A stretch of 64,000 nt of DNA from contig NW_025963779.1 in NCBI RefSeq assembly GCF_023055435.1, forward strand, positions 88,598,001-88,662,000, in the 5' to 3' direction. This document shows positions 1 to 13,400 of the stretch, piece after piece; the first letter of the stretch is position 1, and each line of letters opens with the position of its first letter. The position numbers were made by a program, and so were the translations under genes. Under the pieces are notes generated by a model. That model was not told the DNA's origin and did not search any database. It saw nothing but the letters and a program-made list of their open reading frames with translations. Source of the stretch: Haliotis rufescens (taxonomy: Eukaryota).

Positions 1-221
1 TTTTAGTTTTGTACTCAAGATTTTAATGTTTGAGACCATGTACTTTCCTAAACTGCAATATGATATATAAACAAGAGTGAATGTGTGAGTGAGAAGTATG
101 TTATTTTCTGTATAAAAAAACAACAAAGCAAGATGTACTGATAAGTTGTGCTTTATGTCATGGGCTTTCTGCTACCCTGGGCGGAAGCCCATTTATGTAA
201 CAGGTGTGTCTTTCTAAAAAA

Positions 222-253
<32 letters not shown>

Positions 254-279
254 AAAAAAAAAAAAAGAATTGCTACCAC

Positions 280-855
280 ATGCCAAGATTGACAAGAAAT
301 CAGCGACACCAAGCCCTTGGACGATTGCAAGTTGGACAATGCATTTCAAGTCCACGTAAGGACCGTATACAGGCTCCAGCAACGGTGGTCCAAGCATCAT
401 GGTGGGGGGTGGAATTGGTCTTGCACAGAGGGTCGGCCCTGTGGTCTTCCAGAACATCAGTCCAGGGAAAGGCAATGCTGTCACAGCAGCTCGGTACATT
501 GATCAAGTCTTGAGACCACACGCCATACCTCATTTGGCACGTAGTCGCACCCATGAGTTTCAGCATGATAACGCCCGTACCCACACTGCGAGTAAACAAG
601 AGACTTCCTCCAGCAGAATGGCATCAGAACCATGCAGTGGCCTGCCTGCAGTCCCAAATTAAATCCCATTGAGCACCTAGGACGAGATTCAAAGACGGCT
701 GAATGACGTCCGACCAAGGCCGACAACTGCAGCTGAACTGCGTCAAGTGTTCCTCAGAGTGTGGGCTCAAGTGCCTATGGCCTTCATCTACCGCCTCATC
801 CATTCCATGTTGCACGGCAGTCATCAATGCACATGGTGGACACACAAGATACTGA
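280..855 (+). mobile_element. Degenerate Tc1-family transposase (internally deleted, frameshifted)
   Basis: MPRLTRNQR..ALGRLQ N-terminus; MVGGGI, YIDQVLRP, FQHDNARTHT, WPACSPNLNPIEH, INAHGGHTRY* spread over shifting frames. Confidence 0.88.
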
Positions 856-1214
856 CTTGTAATGCCATTTTCTCAGAGACTAGCATCGTGTTTCACTTTA
901 AGAACATTTGACACTTTAATTTCAACCTTGATGATCAGTTTTGCCAAGTTTCATCTTTTGAATATGTCTCAAAGTATGTTTACAGTGTTTTGACAAATAA
1001 GGTTTGTCATATATCTTTTCATGGTGATGTTTCTTTTGTGGTTTGGTATATATTGATATTTGTGTGTTTATACTCACAAGAAAGGATTTATCCTGAGTGA
1101 TCTCTGTGTATTTTCATACTCATAGGAAAGCTTTATCTGGAATGATATATAGATATTTTGTACTTACAGGAAATGTTGTAGCTATTGTGATATTAGTCTC
1201 TATTGTACTCACAG

Positions 1215-1418
1215 GAAAGGTTTTATCTGGAGTGAGATGCTGTCTGACTTCCCCGTCCTGATGAAGCACCTGTCGAGGGTGGGAGGGGTGGTGTGTTCCC
1301 CCCACCCCCTGCAGCATCTGGATCAACACACGGTGCACCACTTCCACCACCACTTCCTGGCCTACTGTGCCCGGCACCAGCTCGTCCTGCCGCTGTGGAG
1401 ATACTGCACAAGACACAG
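1215..1418 (+). CDS. SPG11: SPG11 exon (KGFIWSEML...YCTRHR)
   Basis: cag| acceptor, |gtttgt donor, phase 2 joins next exon. Confidence 0.85.
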
Positions 1419-4400
1419 GTTTGTGTGCACACAGTGTGAGGGGACCGTGAAGATCGGGTGTAGACTAGGTCTTCAGCAACCAATGCTTGCTGTAAGAGGC
1501 AACTATGCTTGTTGTAGGAGGTGACTAACGGGATCAGGTGGTCAAACTCGCTGACATTGTATCCCAATTGTGCGGATCGATGCACATGATGTCAATCACT
1601 TGATTGTCTGGTACAGACATACAGAGTGCGGCTGAAACAACAAACAAACAAAACCAAAAAGCATACTGTGTGTAGACTTCATCATTGACCATATTAAAGT
1701 CTTGTCTGCTCTATTTCAGTGTACATGTGTATTTATATATGAAAATGCATATGACTGTCAGATGAACTTTATGCATTACAGAATAAGAACACTTAGTCCC
1801 AATCAAGTCAATACTGCAGACAGGGTCTTGTCGTCAAAGCCTAGTCAGAGAGGCCGTAGGCTAGGTGCATTCAACGATGTGTAACTTGTCTAGGCAATAG
1901 TGTTAACATTACATTCAGCTTCGTCTGTTGACTTTATTCAGTTGCTTTAACTAAACCCTGTCACAGATTGGTTCTGTCTAATATACATTAGTTGAGAGAG
2001 AGAGACATGACTTCACTCTTGAAGGTTATAGTGACGTGATGACATGATACAATGGAGGACATATGCTTCCATGACAGCTCAATAGGTGAGGTGTAGGTAT
2101 TAAATGATTAGTGAGGTGTAGGTATTGAATGATTAGTGAGGTGTAGGTATTGAATGATTAGTGGGGTGTAGGTATTAAATGATTAGTGAGGTGTCGGTAT
2201 TAAATGATTAGTGAGGTGTAGGTATTGACTGATTAGGGAGGTGTAGGTATTAGCGAGGTGTAGGTATTAAAGGATTAGTGAGATGTAGGTATTGAATGAT
2301 TAGTGAGGTGTAGGTATTGAATAATTAGTGAGATGTAGGTATTGAATGATTAGTGAGGTGTAGGTATTAGCGAGGAGTAGGTATTGAATGATTAGTGAGG
2401 TGTAGGTATTAGTGAGGTGTAGGTATTGAATAATTAGTGAGATGTAGGTATTGAATGATTAGTGAGGTGTAGGTATTAGCGAGGAGTAGGTATTGAATGA
2501 TTAGTGAGGTGTAGGTATTAAATGATTAGTGAGATGTAGGTATTGAATGATTAGTGAGGTGTAGGTATTGAATGACTAGCGATCTGTAGGTATTAGCGAG
2601 GTGTAGGTACTGAATGACTAGCGATGTGTAGGTATTTAATGTGTGTGTTTGTCTATGTAGGCTGCAGCTGGACAAGATTGATGTTGAAAGCCAAGACCTG
2701 AAGACATGGCTGACTAGCCTACAGCACTTCTTCACCATCTGCCGCAACCCAGATGGTAACAATCATATTGCATTTGTTACACTTGATCTGCACAAATGAA
2801 CACGGATGGAATGGATTGAATGGTCTGGCTCAGTGACTTGGATCCGTAACCATGATTTTTGTCACTGATTCCTGGTCCAAACTTGTTATTGTTGGATATG
2901 GCTGAAATATTGCAAACTGATGCATAAAATAACATTTACTCACGTTTGAATAGCAGTGGTCAAATTAGAACCTGTTTCCCATTGTGAGATGTTCAGCAAG
3001 ACGAGTTGGCATGGTCAGGGCATTCACATTTTCATATGTTTTCAATGATGTTTGGTGTAATGTGTGTGTATGTTCTGATCACATGTTGAAATCCATCTGG
3101 GGATGTTTTGAGCACATACTGAAATCCATCTGGGGATGTTTTGATCACATACTGAAATCCTTCTGGGGATGTTTTGAGCACATGCTGAAATCCTTCTGGG
3201 GATGTTTTGATCACATACTGAAATCCATCTGGGGATGTTTTGATCACATACTGAAATCCTTCTGGGGATGTTTTGAGCACATGCTGAAATCCTTCTGGGG
3301 ATGTTTTGATCACTTACTGAAATCCATCTGGGGATGTTTTGATCACATACTGAAATCCTTCTGGGGATGTTTTGAGCACATGCTGAAATCCTTCTGGGGA
3401 TGTTTTGATCACATACTGAAATCCTTCTGGGGATGTTTTGAGCACATACTGAAATCCTTCTGGGGATGTTTTGATCACATACTGAAATCCACCTGGGGAT
3501 GTTTTGAGCACATGCTGAAATCCTTCTGGGGAAGTTTTGAGCACATATTGAAATCCATCTGGGGATGTTTGGATCATGGCTTGTACAGCATAAAGAGTAC
3601 AGTGTTTGGTAGTATGAGGCAGGGATGAATTTGTTTTCTGAGGTGCTGCAGCTTCCCGTGAAGAGTTGCACCCCTTATGCATTCAAATCACAGATTCACT
3701 GATGATGATTCTTCGTTTATCAGCGCCATACCCGTGTTCCTGGGTTTTACCAAATAGTAAATGTCTCACATTAAGCATACAGCTATGATATAACTTGAAT
3801 GTTGTTCAAAGCTGCGTAGTAGTAGAGCGTATGACCTGAGAGCAGAAGGTCCTGGGTTTGATGCCTGGCTGTGTCATACCAAAAGATGTTAAAAGATGGT
3901 ACTTGTTGTTACCCTGCCTGGCGCTCAGCACTAAGGGGCTAAAACAAGGACTGGTTGGCTCGGAGTCAGTATACTGTGTCCGAGTGGGATATTCCTGTTA
4001 AACTGCGGCATGGTATATCAGTGGGCTAGCACTATAAAATCGGCATTAGTCCGGACTAGCACTAGCAGCCACACACACACACTCGTGCATGCACACTGCT
4101 ATATAAGTGCAATAATCTTGGATGCGATGTTAAACTCACTTTCACCTCACCTCAAGGATGCGTAAGCCCCAACTCACACAGCCACTCTTTGGTACGATGT
4201 GCGGCATGTTTTTTCCAGATTCAGAAGCTGTGTATCAGGCCAGTCTCATGTGTGCCGCCAGTATTTGGAAGATAAACGACCCATCCCTCGCTGACCTCAT
4301 TAGACAAGACCATGTGAATGTTGCCGTAGCAACACTTCCATATCTACCTACACCTTTACATCAGGTATGATTTCAAAGAATTAACATGATTAGGACATTA

Positions 4401-7400
4401 TGAAATGATCACATGACATAATTATCTAAGTATAATGCATTATTTACAAGGTTAACAAGGTTAAATGATTTGTAATACAATCATGTATCAAGCTTGCCAA
4501 AACTGGTGCTGAATCCTTACACAAGGTCATCATCAGCTCATGTAGTATACTCCCTAGGGAGCTGAGAATATTATTCGAGTGCACACTAATCCGTTGACTG
4601 GGCTAATAATGTAGCCCTTTGAGGATGCTTTTAGGTGTGGATTCGTGCATTATCAATATGCACATTATTACATCATTGTGCATGTTTCAGAACTCGGATG
4701 TGTTGAGACTGGAGGTCTTCGGGAACATGGACCAGAATTTACTGCAGGACAAGCTGAAGGAGTACCCTAAACTGTATTCGGCTCTGTTCCCCACTGACTC
4801 CATAGCTTCCCCTCGCATCGATGTCAACGTCTACCAACTGCTCATGGTGGGTAGACAACCTGGGTGCAAAGTCCATATAACTCTCTATATAAGTCGACAC
4901 AATTCATGGATAAGAACTTTTTTTAATTTTATTGTGATCCATAAAATTGTGTCTACTTTGTCATCTGTCCACTTCTAAGTAATGCCTCTCAAACAATTCC
5001 TACTCTATATAGTCTGTGTAAGGGAGGTGGGGTCGCCTGTATTTGTCATGCCAAAGGCCCCGGATCTATTCCCCACATAGGCACTTTGTCATCTGTCCAC
5101 TTCTAAGTAATGCCTCTCAAACAATTCCTACTCTATATAGTCTGTGCAAGGGAGGTGGGGTCGCCTGTATTTGTCATGCCAAAGGCCCCGGATCTATTCC
5201 CCACATAGGCACAATGTGTGAAGCTCATTGCTGGTCTTACTGCTGTGGTTTTGTTGAAATATTTGCTATTTAAGTTGTGTAGGACCATCCTCCCTCCCAT
5301 CAAAATGAGGACTGCGTCATGAAAGTGTGCTGAGTAATACATGGTAATAGTCATCATTTGCTTTTCACTTATCATGTATGTTTTGTGATGAGAAATAAAT
5401 TTATCATCCAAAACTGGCTCCCACAGGAGATATCACTTGGATGAGTTCAAGCGATATCTACACTGTAGATATCGCTGCAATGAAATTACATCACAATGGT
5501 TTGCAGACCATTGTGACGTCACTGGTTACCATGATGTCACAATCAAATGGCACATCACTAATGGCTCTGCTACTGAAGCTGTTTGCAGTGCTTTTTACAC
5601 TGAAGACACTGCTAATTACTGTCTACAAATTGAAAAAGTTGGAAGAATGATTTTGGAAGATAAATAAAATCTTACCCTCTTGTCTTTTGATATCAAATAT
5701 ATCAACACTCGTTGATAAAAGTGACAAAAGCCCTCGGCAAGCCTCGGAATTTTTTCCACTTTTATCAACTCGTGTTATTATAATTGATATCAAAAGACAC
5801 TCGGGTGAGATTCTCTATGTAACAGGTTTACACAGATAGTTATTCACTTACGAAAGGCATTTGCTGAACAGTTTTCTAAGTATTTGGGCAGATTCTTGTA
5901 GTTAGGCTGTTGGTCAATAGGAGGGGATGGGTGAAGGTGTTGGTGATATGAGAGGACATTCAAGAAAATGCCCAACTTTGTTAAAGATAAGACATAATTG
6001 GACAGCTATTTTCATGACAACAAACTATTTCAGTGATACAGTATTACATGGAACAATGAGAGTGTTATTCACAACTTATACCAGGCCTCTGTGTGACAAA
6101 GGAAAACATTGTTTCAGAATTTTGTTATGGTTGCTGATTTTTATTGCTTCAGGGAAGTGCGCCACTGGATCCAAGGCGCTTGTTCGGTTGGCAGAATGGA
6201 AACACAGTTGCTGGAGAAGGTAGGCCTAGCACACACATCACACGATACTATACACACATCACACGATACTATACACACATCACACAATACTATACACACA
6301 TCACACGATATAATATACACATCACACGATACTATACACACATCACATGATACTATATACACATCACACGATACAATACACACATCACATGATATAATAC
6401 ACACATCACATGATATAATACACACATCACACGATATAATACACACATCACATGATACTATACACACATCACACAATACTATACACACATCACATGATAT
6501 AATACACACATCACATGATATAATACACACATCACATGATATAATACACACATCACATGATATAATACACACATCACATGATACTATACACACATCACAC
6601 AATACTATACACACATCACATGATATAATACACACATCACACGATATAATACACACATCACACGATATAATACACACATCACATGATACTATATACACAT
6701 CACACAATACTATACACACATCACATGATATAATACACACATCACATGATATAATACACACATCACACAATATAATACACACATCACACGATACTATACA
6801 CACATCACATGATACTATACACACATCACACAATACTATACACACATCACATGATACAATACACACATCACATGATATAATACACACATCACACGATATA
6901 ATACACACATCACATGATATAATACACACATCACATGATACTATACACACATCACACAATACTATACACACATCACATGATATAATACACACATCACACG
7001 ATATAATACACACATCACACGATATAATACACACATCACATGATACTATATACACATCACACAATACTATACACACATCACATGATATAATACACACATC
7101 ACACAATATAATACACACATCACACGATATAATACACACATCACATGATACTATATACACATCACACAATACTATACACACATCACATGATATAATACAC
7201 ACATCACATGATATAATACACACATCACACGATATAATACACACATCACATGATACTATACACACATCACACAATACTATACACACATCACATGATATAA
7301 TACACACATCACATGATATAATACACACATCACACAATATAATACACACATCACACGATATAATACACACATCACATGATACTATACACACATCACACAA

Positions 7401-10400
7401 TACTATACACACATCACATGATATAATACACACATCACACTCTATAATAAACACATCACATGATACTATACACACATCACATGATACTATATACACATCA
7501 CATGATACAATACACACATCACACGATACTATACACACATCATACGATATAATACACACATCACACGATATAATAAACACATCACATGATACTATACACA
7601 CATCACATGATACTATATACACATCACATGATACAATACACACATCACACGATACTATACACACATCACACGATATAATACACACATCACACGATATAAT
7701 ACACACATCAAACGATATAATACACACATCACACGATATAATACACACATCAAACGATATAATACACACATCAAACGATATAATACACACATCACACGAT
7801 CGCTGCTCATAACATCAATCACAGGATAGTCTGATCCAGACTTGATTATTCACAGGCTACCAAATATTGCAGAGGGAGGCATTAAACAACAAGCAAACAA
7901 ATAAGTTGAACCTGTTCCGTCCCACGTCTTGTTTCGCAGAGTGCCAACGGCTGCTGCCCTACTTCTCCCAGACAGACCTGGTGTCACAGTTCGCCTACTC
8001 GGAGAAGATCCGTTACATGTTCTACCTAAAACATGGCAGACCTACGTATGCCTTTCTCTCCTTCCTGGCAGAGGAGATTGACTCGGGCGCAACAACTATA
8101 AGCAACAAGAGGTAGGTCTTACAGATACCTAGTTTGGAAGTCATCAACAAAATCAGAAAGATTTCCTTGCTAGAAATTATTTGTCAGTTTGAGAATACCT
8201 CAGTTCTGGACCAGTATGACACTTGAAGGAAGAGTAAGTTCTGCTACCTGATGCTTTTAGTAAATTGAGATATAGTATACAGTCACAAAGCTTGCTCCTG
8301 AGAGTGAAATGCCCTCACACCAAATATTGAGGACAGAAACTAGCACTATTGCAAGTGTGTTGGCAGCTCTTGGCTTGATTGAGCTGTGTGAATCAAGGTA
8401 ATATTGTTTTTGATTGGCACTGGAAATATAGAAGAATCGGAAGATATGTAACTTTTATGGATAGGAATTTCTTTATTGTTTGTAACCACCTGTTGCCCCT
8501 TCATCTGGTATTCATCTGGTATTCAACTGGTATTCACCTGACATTCATCTGGTATTCAACTGGTATTCAACTGGTATTCATCTGGTATTCACCTGATGAA
8601 GGGGCAAGACGTAGCGCTAAAATGTATCCAAAGACAATTAACAGGTTGTAATCCATAAGACGTTTCATGTCTTCTGTGTAACATAAAGTGGGATTACCTG
8701 AGTGTGCGAATGTTGGACTGATTTAAAAGACTCATGTGTACATAATACACACATGAATGTTATAATGTCGTTGTTATTCACTCTGCGGGAGTTTGGTTAG
8801 AGACAAAATAAGTTTTGGGTCACTGCTACAAACAAATGCTGAAGGGAGCATTTTAAATTTGTTTTCATAACACTTTTTAGCAGGACATCCAACAATGTCC
8901 ATTGAACAGCTTTGTGTTTTTGTAACATTATGTTATGACATTATATATTTCAAGAAACTCCTAGCCCCTCCACACCAGAATGGTTGCCCTGTAGTACAGC
9001 CGGTAATGATATATAGACTGGTGCATTATAGCTGATAATGATATATAGACTGGTCCATTATAGCTGATAATGATATACAGACTGGTCCATTATAGCTGAT
9101 AATGATATATAGACCAGTGCATTATAGCTGATAATGATATATAGACCGGTGCATTATAGCTGATAATGATATATAGACTGGTGCATTATAGCTGATAATG
9201 ATATATAGACTGGTGCATTATAGCTGATAATGATATATAGACTGGTGCATTATAGCCGGTAATGATATATAGACCGGTGCATAATAGCTGATAATGATAT
9301 ATAGACCGGTGCATTATAGCTGATAATGATATATTGACTGGTGCATTATAGCTGATAATGATATATAGACCGGTGCATTATAGCTTTTAATGATATATAG
9401 ACCGTCCATTATAGCTGATAATGATATATAGACCAGTGCATTATAGCTGATAATGATATATAGACTGGTGCATTATAGCTGATAATGATATATAGACCAG
9501 TGCATTATAGCTGATAATGATATATAGACTGGTGCATTATAGCTGATAATGATATATAGACCAGTGCATTATAGCTGATAATGATATATAGACTGGTGCA
9601 TTATAGCTTTTAATGATATAGAGACTGGTGCATTATAGCTTATAATGATATATAGACTGGTGCATTATAGCTGATAATGATATATAGACCAGTGCATTAT
9701 AGCTGATAATGATATATAGACCAGTGCATTATAGCTTTTAATGATATAGAGACTGGTGCATTATAGCTTATAATGATATATAGACTGGTGCATTATAGCT
9801 GATAATGATATATAGACCAGTGCATTATAGCTGATAATGATATATAGACTGGTGCATTATAGCTGATAATGATATATAGACCAGTGCATTATAGCTGATA
9901 ATGATATATAGACTGGTGCATTATGGCTTTTAATGATATAGAGACTGGTGCATTATAGCTTATAATGATCTATAGACCAGTGCATTATAGCTGATAATGA
10001 TATATAGACCAGTGCATTATAGCTGATAATGATATATAGACCGGTGCATTATAGCTGATAATGATATATAGACTGGTGCATTATAGCTTTTAATGATATA
10101 GAGACTGGTGCATTATAGCTTATAATGATCTATAGACCAGTGGATATTATGAGATGTGCACTCCATTTTTCTGGGGCAGTGGGGAAGCCTCATGGTTAAA
10201 GCGGCTGCTTGTCACGCCGAAGGCCTGGGTTTGATTCATTTTGGGTGTCCCCTGCCATGGTACTGCTAGAATATTGCTAAAAGCGGCAAAAAAAATCATA
10301 CTCACTACGCAATCACTCCATGTTCCAGGATTAACACTGTGTGTGGGGTGGCGCTATGGATAGCCGTGAAGAACTTCACAAGTGCTGCCATCACAAGTGC

Positions 10401-13400
10401 ATGTGTAGCTTTTGTGGAAATGATCGACCAAGACAGTCTGCCATTGCGAACATACATTCAAATAGGTGTGGAAATTCTCGCTTACAAGAACAATGGCATC
10501 ATGGGTACCATTGACAAGAGGAAGGAGGTGATGCACGCACATGAAGAGGAAGTGGGTAAGTTGGAATTGGAAATGATGTATTCAAACATTAAACAAACAT
10601 CCTTTTTCCAAGATGACAAATTTTCCAACTTCATTATGTTTCAGTCATGTTACCACGGTTACTGTGGTATGTAAAATAATTGAATTAACACAACAAATAT
10701 TGAAAGCTGCAGTGCCACCTGTTACAAAGCGAAAAAGCACACAAAGTCATCAATATCACCTTAGCAATATTATTGTTTATAAGATCACAAAAACGATTGC
10801 TTCTATTCTTCTATGTTTTCTATATGTTCTAATCAAGTAATGGTACTTGTTAATACCTTTCATTTTAGAGTAATGTCACTGTGAAATATTTTCAACACTC
10901 ACAATAATGAATTTTAGCTATAATAAAAGCAATATTCCAGCAAGTGGCAATGTCACACAATCGACACAGTGGCCCAGTCGTCTAAGGCGCCGCAATTCGC
11001 TGTGCAGAGTTGCATCCCTGGGGCGTGCCAGAAACCTATGACTGGGTTCGAATCCTGGTTCGACCCGATTATGTTTCTAGGTTTGTCAGCACCATACCCG
11101 TGCTTGTTGGCTTTCCAACAACATTAAGCTCACACGCCATTATATAACTGAAATACTGACTCAAACCCCATGTCACCAGTCAGCACCACACTGAGACTCA
11201 AACCCCATGTCACCAGTCAGCACCACACTGAGACTTAAACCCCATGTCACCAGTCAGCACCACACTGAGACTCAAACCCCATGTCACCAGTCAGCACCAC
11301 ACTGAGACTCAAACCTCATGTCACCAGTCAGCACCTCACTGAGACTCAAACCCCATGTCACCAGTCAGCACCACACTGAGACTCAAACCCCATGTCACCA
11401 GTCAGCAACACACTGAGACTCAAACCCCATGTCACCAGTCAGCACCACACTGAGACTCAAACCCCATGTCACCAGTCAGCACCACACTGAGACTCAAACC
11501 CCATGTCACCAGTCAGCACCACACTCAGACTCAAACCCCATGTCACCAGTCAGCACCACACTGAGACTCAAACCCCATGTCACCAGTCAGCACCACACTG
11601 AGACTCAAACCCCATGTCACCAGTCAGCACCACACTGAGACTCAAACCCCATGTCACCAGTCAGCACCACACTGAGACTCAAACCCCATGTCACCAGTCA
11701 GCACCACACTGAAACACAAACCCCATGTCACCAGTCAGCACCACACTGAGACTCAAACCCTATGTCACCAGTCAGCACCACACTGAGACTCAAACCCCAT
11801 GTCACCAGTCAGCACCACACTGAGACTCAAACCCTATGTCACCAGTCAGCACCACACTGAGACTCAAACCCCATGTCACCAGTCAGCACCACACTGAAAC
11901 ACAAACCCCATGTCACCAGTCAGCACCACACTGAGACTCAAACCCCATGTCACCAGTCAGCACCACACTGAGACTCAAACCCCATGTCACCAGTCAGCAC
12001 CACACTGAGACTCAAACCCCATGTCACCAGTCAGCACCACACTGAAACACAAACCCCATGTCACCAGTCAGCACCACACTGAGACTCAAACCCCATGTCA
12101 CCAGTCAGCACCACACTGAGACTCAAACCCCATGTCACCAGTCAGCACCACACTGAAACACAAACCCCATGTCACCAGTCAGCACCACACTGAGACTCAA
12201 ACCCTATGTCACCAGTCAGCACCACACTGAGACTCAAACCCCATGTCACCAGTCAGCACCACACTGAGACTCAAACCCCATGTCACCAGTCAGCACCACA
12301 CTGAGACTCAAACCCTATGTCACCAGTCAGCACCACACTGAGACTCAAACCCCATGTCACCAGTCAGCACCACACTGAGACTCAAACCCCATGTCACCAG
12401 TCAGCACCACACTGAGACTCAAACCCCATGTCACCAGTCAGCACCACACTGAGACTCAAACCCCATGTCACCAGTCAGCACCACACTGAGACTCAAACCC
12501 CATGTCACCAGTCAGCACCACACTGAGACTCAAACCCCATGTCACCAGTCAGCACCACACTGAGACTCAAACCCCATGTCACCAGTCAGCACCACACTGA
12601 GACTCAAACCCCATGTCACCAGTCAGCACCACACTGAAACACAAACCCAATGTCACCAGTCAGCACCACACTGAGACTCAAACCCCATGTCACCAGTCAG
12701 CACCACACTGAGACTCAAACCCCATGTCACCAGTCAGCACCACACTGAGACTCAAACCCCATGTCACCAGTCAGCACCACACTGAAACACAAACCCAATG
12801 TCACCAGTCAGCACCACACTGAAACACAAACCCCATGTCACCAGTCAGCACCACACTGAAACACAAACCCCATGTCACCAGTCAGCACCACACTGAGACT
12901 CAAACCCCATGTCACCAGTCAGCACCACACTGAGACTCAAACCCCATGTCACCAGTCAGCACCACACTGAAACACAAACCCCATGTCACCAGTCAGCACC
13001 ACACTGAAACACAAACCCCATGTCACCAGTCAGCACCACACTGAAACACAAACCCCATGTCACCAGTCAGCACCACACTGAGACTCAAACCCTATTGGAG
13101 TAGTAACAATGTCAGCAAGATGCCTCACTGACTGTGTGCATATTACATGCATACCAGTGTGCACAAGCCCTGATCAGAACTGTATACTGCATATATTTAT
13201 AAATGTGTGAAGCCAAATTATGGAACCATCCTATAACCATTACAATGGAAATGACAATGGAAATTAGGATATATCCTGATTCAGGGATTGTGAAGTATAA
13301 AAGTCCCCTTGACCTTGACCTTTCAACTCCTATAAAGCAAGGGACCAGTATGTGAGTTGGCGTTGCTGGAGCCCTTCATATGGGGCGGTAGGATAGGTGG

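Noticed and set aside
148-279. Poly-Lys ORF
   Set aside because: Poly-A tract upstream of the Tc1 relic
2984-3682. 214-aa repeat ORF resembling amphipathic peptide repeats
   Set aside because: 33-bp intronic minisatellite, open in multiple frames
6109-7812. 567-aa His/Thr-rich and 549-aa Cys-rich ORFs
   Set aside because: Translations of a 21-bp intronic minisatellite; the real exon (6153-6219) is in another frame
11157-13093. CRISPR-like array (37-bp repeats); also considered for the 31-, 32-, 43- and 52-bp arrays
   Set aside because: Head-to-tail repeats with no unique spacers, no cas genes, eukaryotic context
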